DNA of 32,000 nucleotides. Source: Comamonadaceae bacterium M7527 (lineage in GTDB: Bacteria; Pseudomonadota; Gammaproteobacteria; Burkholderiales; Burkholderiaceae_C). Made by a program: the position numbers and the translations under genes. Under the pieces are notes generated by a model. That model did no database searches. It worked only from the letters and a program-made list of their open reading frames with translations, and was not told where the DNA came from. Location of the stretch: NCBI GenBank assembly GCA_021044545.1, contig CP087990.1, forward strand, positions 2,071,038 through 2,103,037, given 5' to 3'. This document shows positions 8,010 to 13,964 of the stretch, in pieces (the first letter of the stretch is position 1; every line of letters starts with the position of its first letter).

Positions 8010-8735
8010 TTAAGCTGCTAGCTTGAAAGCTTCAGCGTTTTCGCTGTACATCGACAGCAGTGCAGCGTTCAGTGCAGTCGCTGAGCGAACGATTGACTTG
8101 ATTGCAAAGCTGCCATCTGCTTGCTGCTCTGCAATCAGCACACACTCTTCGCCAACATAGTTGCTGTCGCTCATTTCACTCAGCTGTTTAGAGCTAACGC
8201 TTCCAAGTATTGGCATGCTTGAGATATGTTCTTGCATCATTTCTGCTTTGATTTTTGGACTGATGTACGTGGCACTCTTTGACAAGCGAACTTCTTGTAT
8301 GCCACCACGCTGTTCAATCCAATCTGCCAAAGCACTTGGCAATACACCTTCCTTCTGTGCACTTCGCAGCACAAGCGAGTACGTGCTAACACGTCGTCTG
8401 TCTACATCGCCAAATACTGCTTTAACGATACGTGTCATCAGTGGACTTTCACGTTTAACGACTAGCTTGCGTTCCTTTAAAAACGCTTGCAGTTCATTGG
8501 CACGCTGCTTCGCAGCAGACACCTCCAAAGGAGCTCCATAAGACAAGCAGTCAGCAAGTACGCTATACAGCTGTTGGTTGCTTGTGCGAAAAGCGTTGTT
8601 TTGCCATTGCGTGCGTTTGTTCTCCATTGCTTGCAGTGAAGCTGCAGCTGTCATGTCAAATGCTGCCTCATTGGTAGCTGTTGCTGAAGTGTGTGTGTCG
8701 TTTGAAACGACAGCTGATTTGGTGGTAACTTGCAT
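8010..8735 (-). CDS. Unknown 241-aa protein, first gene of the operon with the AAA+ ATPase
   Basis: Long ORF with protein-like composition. ATG at 8735 is preceded by GGAG with a 6-nt spacing (the ORF-track start at 8747 is a TTG). There is a 38-nt gap to the ATPase gene. I recognise no family. Confidence 0.65.
   Translation of the reverse strand: MQVTTKSAVVSNDTHTSATATNEAAFDMTAAASLQAMENKRTQWQNNAFRTSNQQLYSVLADCLSYGAPLEVSAAKQRANELQAFLKERKLVVKRESPLMTRIVKAVFGDVDRRRVSTYSLVLRSAQKEGVLPSALADWIEQRGGIQEVRLSKSATYISPKIKAEMMQEHISSMPILGSVSSKQLSEMSDSNYVGEECVLIAEQQADGSFAIKSIVRSATALNAALLSMYSENAEAFKLAA
8696..8712. promoter_or_regulatory. Motif site M4: tgtcgtttgaaacgaca, a perfect 8+1+8 palindrome near the 5' end of the 241-aa gene
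   Basis: Read directly from the sequence. Sits 24-40 nt inside the ORF from the ATG at 8735. Confidence 0.6.
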
Positions 8736-8836
8736 AAAAATCTCCAAAATATCGTGTAAAAAATTATCGTTTGCATTATTGCTTGCGATGTAATAATTAT
8801 ATTAAAATCAACGTTTTACAGCCATAAACGTCTTAC

Positions 8837-9613
8837 GTGCTAGTATTAGATGTTAAGAATATGAGAAGATATTTTTCAGCACCAACTCCACGCTTTGGTA
8901 AGCAAAGCAGTCGTTTGTCGATTGGTAATCAGCAGCGCAGCCCTTACTATTGGTGGTGGCAGTACTTGCGTCGTAACGCTGACTACATAGCGTGCTGTGA
9001 GCGTGGTGGCAAAGGTAAGCTTGCAAAGCTCTACGCTGACTTTGGTGACGTTCGAAACGACAACTTCCACGAGTGGTGGACAAGTAACGATAGGGGAGTA
9101 ACGCTATTCGCTGAGCAACATTTGGCAGTGCGTTTTGGCGAGTTGGCAAGCGCTGAGCAGTGGCAAGCTAGTTGGCACGCTGATGATGTGCTTGTGGTGG
9201 CTGTACCTTTGGAGATGAGCAAGCGTTCTATCAAGTCTGCGTTCGGCAAGCTATTAGATAAACGACACACAGACGTTAAACGTGGACGTCCATCTATTGC
9301 AAAGCTGAAAGAACACAGTACTGCTCTATATGCGCTAGAGCGCAACTACACCATTAATGGTTTGCAAAACACATTGGCTGTTTATGACTTGTGGATAGAC
9401 AATCAAGCACGCAGCAAAGCAGATAAATTGGCACTGTGGCAAATAGCTGCAGAGCTGAAGCTAAACAGAGCTGCAATCAAAGACGCGACGAGTGACGATA
9501 GTGGCGATAGATTGAGTGGACGTAACACGCTTGGGGCTACTGTGCACCGCTATGTCACGCAAGCCAAGCGCATCATTGGCAATACAGCAAAGGGCAAGTT
9601 CCCCTTGTCGTAG
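8837..9613 (+). CDS. 258-aa protein with W-rich xxLRRNxxY motif (transcriptional-regulator-like domain, DUF6499/FseA-like); true start may be the ATG at 8861
   Basis: RSPYYWWWQYLRRNADYIACCE resembles the W-x-EFLRRNP-x-Y signature of the N-terminal domain of FseA-type ICE activators (from memory). Divergent from the 241-aa/AAA+ operon across an AT-rich spacer. The 8837 start is a GTG. Confidence 0.55.
   Translation: MLVLDVKNMRRYFSAPTPRFGKQSSRLSIGNQQRSPYYWWWQYLRRNADYIACCERGGKGKLAKLYADFGDVRNDNFHEWWTSNDRGVTLFAEQHLAVRFGELASAEQWQASWHADDVLVVAVPLEMSKRSIKSAFGKLLDKRHTDVKRGRPSIAKLKEHSTALYALERNYTINGLQNTLAVYDLWIDNQARSKADKLALWQIAAELKLNRAAIKDATSDDSGDRLSGRNTLGATVHRYVTQAKRIIGNTAKGKFPLS
9046..9062. promoter_or_regulatory. 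Motif site M7: tgacgttcgaaacgaca (15/17 match to M4), inside the 258-aa gene
   Basis: Read directly from the sequence. Confidence 0.4.
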
Positions 9614-9616
9614 CTG

Positions 9617-9632
9617 TGTCGTTTTAAACCAC
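9617..9632 (+). promoter_or_regulatory. Motif site M3: tgtcgttttaaaccac, between the 258-aa gene stop and the short recombinase stop
   Basis: 15/16 identical to M1/M2. Lies 3 nt from the recombinase gene's 3' end. Confidence 0.55.
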
Positions 9633-9634
9633 GC

Positions 9635-10207
9635 TCAAACCAACTCGACAGCTCTGCGCTTCACATCATCATTGACAGTGATGTAACGCTGTGTGGTTGC
9701 AATGCTCTTGTGACCAGCAAGTGAAGCAAGCACAAACACGCTGACACCTTGACTTGCGAGTGACGTTAAAAACGTCTTGCGTCCACTGTGACTGCTTGCA
9801 CCTTTGATGCCAGCAGCTTTGAACAACCAGTAAAAGTGCTGTGACAGCACGTTGGCGCTGAATCCCTTGCGTGCACCACTGTAAGTTGTGAACAGTGCTT
9901 GCTCCTCCTCGTACCACTTGCGCGAGTTGATGTAGCACTGCAGTTCCTCTTGCAGTCGTGTGCTCACATACACAGTGCGTGCATGGTTGTGTTTGACGCG
10001 GTGAGCACCTAGATATATTTCTGCTCGAACCGTGCCGTTCGCATCGCGTACATCACACAGCTTCAAGTCTGCCACCTCGCTCACACGCAAACCACTCATC
10101 ACCATCATCAACAGCATCGCTCTATCGCGTGCTGCAAACTTGCGTGTGCTGATGTAGTCGAGTGTGTGCGCAAGTTCCGCGCTGGTTAGTGATTTAGCTG
10201 CAGCCAT
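9635..10207 (-). CDS. Short (190 aa) catalytic-domain-only tyrosine recombinase, FimB/FimE-sized
   Basis: Arg in MSGLRVSEVADL, H-x-x-R in SSHSGRKTFLT, H..Y in LAGHKSIATTQRYITV. GAGGAA SD lies 6 nt before the ATG. Confidence 0.8.
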   Translation of the reverse strand: MAAAKSLTSAELAHTLDYISTRKFAARDRAMLLMMVMSGLRVSEVADLKLCDVRDANGTVRAEIYLGAHRVKHNHARTVYVSTRLQEELQCYINSRKWYEEEQALFTTYSGARKGFSANVLSQHFYWLFKAAGIKGASSHSGRKTFLTSLASQGVSVFVLASLAGHKSIATTQRYITVNDDVKRRAVELV

Positions 10208-10617
10208 TTGTGTTCCTCAAAGATTTTCAGTGTTGTTAGTGTGTTTTCATTGCCAGTGTTTGAGCAACCAAGTCCGTTCAATTTGGCGGTGCTTTGATGA
10301 GTTGTAGGTTTTCAACGCACTAGCACTTGGTTCACGAACTTTGTGTGTTCTCTTTGGCTGTGTATTTAGCTGAACGCTGCTGCGCTCTGCAAGCGTTTTG
10401 ATATATGTGCTGCTGCTCAGCTCTTCATGCACCTCTTTTATGCGCTTAGACGAAGGATTTGACGTGTTTGCGTGTTGTGCTCGCTGTGCTCACAAATTCA
10501 TCTGCAGCTCAAATATTTCTGCTGCGCAAAAAGTTGCGGTGAAGTACTTACAGAAGTGAGGTGGTGATTTGCACTCGGTGCTGTTTGTGAAGTGCTTACA
10601 CTTCATTGGCAAGTAAG

Positions 10618-10635
10618 AGCAAGCAGCTGCTTGCT
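10618..10635. repeat. 18-bp perfect palindrome AGCAAGCAGCTGCTTGCT in the low-coding region
   Basis: Read directly from the sequence. Overlaps a second palindrome, TGCTAGCA. Preceded by the hairpin gaagtg-ctta-cacttc (10589..10604) and the direct repeat gaagtacttaca / gaagtgcttaca (10541 and 10589). Confidence 0.7.
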
Positions 10636-11001
10636 AGCAGTTCGCTCGTCGCTCTCTGCTGTGCTCTTCTGTCTTTTGACATGACTGTTTTGGAAATGTT
10701 TCGAGCAAACGACGGCTATGTCGCACAGTGTGCGAACAGTAGCTGTCGTTGTAGTCTGTTCCGTATAAAGTCCGTCGCAGTACAAGCATGAGTGAGTTTG
10801 ACGGAAGACGTATGTATTAAAACTTCCAAACTGCTTCAGCATTGGTTTGCTTTGCAGATACTCAGCGGCACTCTCGTTCTACACAGCCTTCATGCCAACT
10901 GTGTAGTGATTGCAAAGTCATTAGCCGTCATATTTCCCTTTGCGTTTTTAGCCTTTGATAGCGCAGTGCTTTATCTGCGTGGTGTTGCCTTGGTGTTTGC
11001 C

Positions 11002-11355
11002 TTAGTGTTTGTTCTGTCTGTGCTGCCTGAACAATCGCTTGTTAGCTCGTGTGCAGATGTTGAGCACTTGGTAGGCACGCTTGTCGCTCAGTCGCGCTCG
11101 TTTGCGTTTGTTCTGGATGCACTTGAGGTAGTCGCCGAGTACCGTAGCTTGCTTACTGTCTATAAGCTCAAGCTGCGCATGCTCTGCGTGAATGCCAAGT
11201 GTTCGCTTCGCAGCTGCTTGTGCTTTAAGGAGTAGTGCGTCTGTCGTTGCAAACGTCGCTGCAGCTAAGCCTCTTTGCTTTAGCCACGCATCAGTTGCTT
11301 CAGTGTCACGCAATGCACTTACTCGAATTTGATATTGCTGTTCTTGTTTGTTCAT
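11002..11355 (-). CDS. Possible ribbon-helix-helix-like small DNA-binding protein, 117 aa from the second ATG
   Basis: YQIRVSALRDTEATDAWLKQRGLAAATFATTDALLLKA has a strand-helix-helix pattern, followed by a basic C-terminus. Composition is far more protein-like than the antisense 147-aa ORF. No clear SD. Confidence 0.4.
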   Translation of the reverse strand: MNKQEQQYQIRVSALRDTEATDAWLKQRGLAAATFATTDALLLKAQAAAKRTLGIHAEHAQLELIDSKQATVLGDYLKCIQNKRKRARLSDKRAYQVLNICTRANKRLFRQHRQNKH

Positions 11356-11420
11356 GCAAGTATTTAGCATCTGCCAAACAAAACCTTGGCGAAACTGAAG
11401 CGTTGTTTGGCAATAAGTGC

Positions 11421-11440
11421 TGCAGTGCAGTGCAGTGCAT
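11421..11440. repeat. Pentanucleotide tract (TGCAG)x3 plus TGCAT, flanked by the inverted repeat aagtgc / gcactt (11415..11451)
   Basis: Read directly from the sequence. Lies in the divergent spacer between the RHH-like gene and the 146-aa gene. Confidence 0.7.
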
Positions 11441-11536
11441 GTGTGGCACTTTGACGCTCATCGCCTTTTTCGGTTGCTCAAGTTGTGGTGGTGACAACAC
11501 ACTAGCTGTATTGCAACTGCATAGGAACACAGCAAC

Positions 11537-11977
11537 ATGACAGCAACACTTGGCACTCTAAAGCTCACAGCAGCACAAAAGCCCTCGCACGTAACTCCAA
11601 TACAGCAGCGACGCAACAAACTGGCGAAGCGTTTGTTCGAGCAAGCTGAGTTGGCGAAAGCCCAACAACTCGGCTCAACATACAAACCAATCAAGTTCAA
11701 GACTGTTACGGACGCAGATGGTATGCGAAAGCAAGTGGAGCAGTACAAGACAGTGAAGGCGTGGTGGTTTACGGCAGACAACGGTAAGTTGGCACTGAGC
11801 GTGCGCTACGGTACAAAAGTGCTTGAGCTAGCAAAAGGCAGGTGGAGCGTTGAGGTAGCAAGCACACAAGAGCTTGTGCCAACGTTAGAGCTGATTAAAG
11901 CTGCGGTGCTAAACGGTGAGCTAGATGCTGCAATCGATGTTGCATCAGACAAATTGAAGCTTGGCTTTAAGCGTTGA
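11537..11977 (+). CDS. Hypothetical 146-aa protein
   Basis: Clean ORF with AGGAA 9 nt upstream of the ATG and balanced composition. No family recognised. Confidence 0.6.
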   Translation: MTATLGTLKLTAAQKPSHVTPIQQRRNKLAKRLFEQAELAKAQQLGSTYKPIKFKTVTDADGMRKQVEQYKTVKAWWFTADNGKLALSVRYGTKVLELAKGRWSVEVASTQELVPTLELIKAAVLNGELDAAIDVASDKLKLGFKR

Positions 11978-12038
11978 TGCAAGCGATGCAATCAAAGTCG
12001 CTCTGTAGATTGTCTTGTGCTGCGTTGATAAATACTCC

Positions 12039-12365
12039 ATGCAGTACAAGGAATTCAAAACGACATCACAGAGCGCAGCGCAATCAAAGCCAGCTTCGTC
12101 TAGCAGTGATGCTGCCAGCAACACAAAGCAAGGCAGCAAGCAGCGTGCAGCCAAGCGTGCACGCACTACTGCAAAGACACAAACGCTTGCGCAGATGCGC
12201 ATTCAGCATTTGCAAGACAAAGTCAAACACGCAAAGGCTGAGCTTGCGGCAGAGATTGCAGCGCAGCGTTTGGCGCTATCCAACAAGCAGCGTGAGCAAA
12301 AGCGTAGAGCACTACAGAGGCAGAGTCTGCAAGCTGTACAAGCTGCGAAGCGTGAGCAAGACTAA
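12039..12365 (+). CDS. Basic Lys/Gln/Ala-rich coiled-coil protein, 108 aa from the ATG at 12039
   Basis: QRAAKRARTTAKTQTLAQMRIQHLQDKVKHAKAELAAEIAAQRLALSNKQREQKRRALQRQ. It is the last gene before the att junction. Unit 2 has a 2-bp deletion that removes only the last 4 codons. Confidence 0.5.
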   Translation: MQYKEFKTTSQSAAQSKPASSSSDAASNTKQGSKQRAAKRARTTAKTQTLAQMRIQHLQDKVKHAKAELAAEIAAQRLALSNKQREQKRRALQRQSLQAVQAAKREQD

Positions 12366-12609
12366 GTGTCTTTCAAAACGTCACTTGCACAACCGTAGCA
12401 AAACCGCTGATAGCTGCACAGTTACGCTCAAGCAGCTTGTGCAGCTTAGACACGCTAGTGCAGTGCTGAGAGGCATAGTGCAAATGGTGCGAGCGCAGCA
12501 GCAGTGTGCTAAATGTTTTGTAGAAAAAACGTTGCAGAATTTCGCACACCAATCTGTTCCAAAGCAAAATCCAGTTGAAAAATTTAACTCTTTCGCACTC
12601 TTGTCAGCG

Positions 12610-12654
12610 TTGAAAATCCGCGTGTCGATGGTTCGATTCCGTCCCAGGCCACCA
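12610..12654 (+). repeat. Internal att (attP-like junction): 45-bp partial tRNA-Phe 3' copy between the two units
   Basis: Exact copy of 3690..3734. It lacks the 5' 31 nt of the tRNA, so it is not a functional tRNA gene. Confidence 0.9.
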
Positions 12655-12660
12655 AATATT

Positions 12661-12695
12661 CACCGTAGTCTTGCAAAAGACTACGGTGTTTTTGT
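12661..12695 (+). terminator. Copy of the island-borne terminator; the G-U pair of unit 1 is an A-U pair here
   Basis: caccgtagtc ttgcaaaa gactacggtg ttttt. Confidence 0.65.
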
Positions 12696-12732
12696 TTGTG
12701 CATCTCATTCTGCTAGTGCTGCGCAGTAGACG

Positions 12733-13941
12733 ATGCACAAGCTAGCCAACACTCACCACTGCACACTAACCACCACCATTCGCTTGCGTGATGGTGAGCT
12801 TGTCATCTACAAACGCAGCCGCAGCTTGCAGTACCAATGTCGCTACAAGCTAAGCGACGGAACTTGGACAAGAGCTAGCACTGGCAAAGCAGCTCTAGAA
12901 CATGCCATTGCTCGCGCATGTGATATCTACGATGAATCACGCTATCGACAGCGTCTTGGTTTAGCACACCGTGCACACTCTGTTGCACAGATTGCAGCTG
13001 TTTGCTGTGCTGAGCTGCGGCAGCAGATAGACGCAAAAGGCAAGAAGACTGCGCTCAACGATTACTTGAGCATCATCGAGCGCTACTTTGTGCCGTACTT
13101 TGGCGAACGCTTGTTTGAATCATTGACGCACACAGACATACGCGAGTTTGAGCTGTGGCGAGATAGACGGCTGTCTAGGGCACCAAAGACAAGCACGCTC
13201 AACACTTTCACAAGTGCTTGGAGCAGATTGACTGCAACAGCTGTAGAGCGTGGCTACATCAGTGAGCGAGTACCACTGCCAAAACTCACAAGCAAGGGCA
13301 TGAAGGGCACTACACGAGCAGCATTCAGTGGCGACGAGATGACGGCACTGCTGGCGTTTATGGAGCAGTGGTGCACACAAGGTGTCAAAGCCGTAGAGCG
13401 TGAAATTCGCCCTTTGCTGCGTGACTACGTGGAGCTGCTGCTTTTTACTGGCATGAGGCACGGCACAGAGGCGATGAACATACGTTGGCGCGACATAGAG
13501 TGGCACACAAAGGATGGTGTGCGTTACTTGCGCATACACGTGAGTGGCAAAACTGGCAGCAGATGGTTGATTGCCAAACACGCAGCCGTCCATGCGCTGC
13601 AACGGCTGCACGCTAGACAAAGGGATGTTTGTGAGATGTCGTTTGAAACCCTGTTTGCAGCGCGAGTGCAACAACTGCTGTTCAGATACAGCGATGGACA
13701 TCAGCCACACAGCTTGGTTGGCACGTTTCGCAAGCTGATGCGTGACAGTGGCATGCTCAAGAACACACAAGGGCAGAGTCGCACGCTGTACTCAATACGC
13801 CATACCTACGCCACGCTTGCACTGTTGGAGGGTAGTGCAGACATACACACACTCAGCAAGCAGCTTGGCAACAGTGCAGCGATGATTGAGAGGCACTACA
13901 GCAAGCTCACAGCGACTATGGCAGCTGAGAAGTTGGCTTGA
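12733..13941 (+). CDS. Tyrosine recombinase / integrase, 402 aa (allele 2; 8 amino-acid differences from allele 1, all in the first 221 residues)
   Basis: Same catalytic motifs as allele 1. Differences read from the ORF track: P11L, L128F, P145R, N157T, V168T, P184L, K214T, Q221E. Confidence 0.9.
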   Translation: MHKLANTHHCTLTTTIRLRDGELVIYKRSRSLQYQCRYKLSDGTWTRASTGKAALEHAIARACDIYDESRYRQRLGLAHRAHSVAQIAAVCCAELRQQIDAKGKKTALNDYLSIIERYFVPYFGERLFESLTHTDIREFELWRDRRLSRAPKTSTLNTFTSAWSRLTATAVERGYISERVPLPKLTSKGMKGTTRAAFSGDEMTALLAFMEQWCTQGVKAVEREIRPLLRDYVELLLFTGMRHGTEAMNIRWRDIEWHTKDGVRYLRIHVSGKTGSRWLIAKHAAVHALQRLHARQRDVCEMSFETLFAARVQQLLFRYSDGHQPHSLVGTFRKLMRDSGMLKNTQGQSRTLYSIRHTYATLALLEGSADIHTLSKQLGNSAAMIERHYSKLTATMAAEKLA

Positions 13942-13964
13942 AGCTGTCGTTTAAAACCACAACT

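Larger units (their letters stand above)
3735..12654 (+). mobile_element. Integrative island, unit 1 (8920 bp), integrated in tRNA-Phe; int at the left end, partial tRNA copy at the right end
   Basis: Bounded by 45-bp att repeats. A tyrosine integrase gene lies next to the tRNA. GC looks clearly lower than the flanks (by eye). The whole unit repeats at an offset of +8920. Confidence 0.9.

Noticed and set aside
10247-10842. 61-aa (GTG start) and 79-aa minus-strand ORFs, plus hand-translated 28-51-aa peptides including a Cys-rich 38-mer (MKCKHFTNSTECKSPPHFCKYFTATFCAAEIFELQMNL)
   Set aside because: No usable SD spacing, low-complexity or Cys/Thr-rich composition, and no recognisable motifs. Kept only as part of the low-coding region finding, not called as genes.
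10623-11215. 11-bp match GCAGCTGCTTG at about 10623 and about 11205, as possible inverted repeats for the short recombinase
   Set aside because: The match does not extend beyond 11 bp in either orientation. A repeat of that length is roughly expected by chance in 1.3 kb of GCAGC-rich sequence.
10792-11235. 147-aa plus-strand ORF in the low-coding region
   Set aside because: Leu/Val/Cys/Phe-rich with no start context. It is antisense to the more protein-like RHH-like ORF, so it is probably a shadow frame.
12610-12654. Possible additional tRNA genes at 12610 and 21528
   Set aside because: Only the 3' 45 nt of tRNA-Phe are present. The upstream sequence (ttgtcagcg) cannot form the acceptor, D or anticodon stems. 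These are att repeats, not genes.
11974-12729. 251-aa plus-strand ORF running from the end of the 146-aa gene through the att junction
   Set aside because: It reads straight through the partial tRNA copy and the terminator hairpin. Its composition is Arg/Ser/Cys/Leu-rich and non-protein-like. In unit 2 the 2-bp indel breaks it into two ORFs (20894..21283 and 21270..21713). The overlapping 108-aa frame is more plausible.
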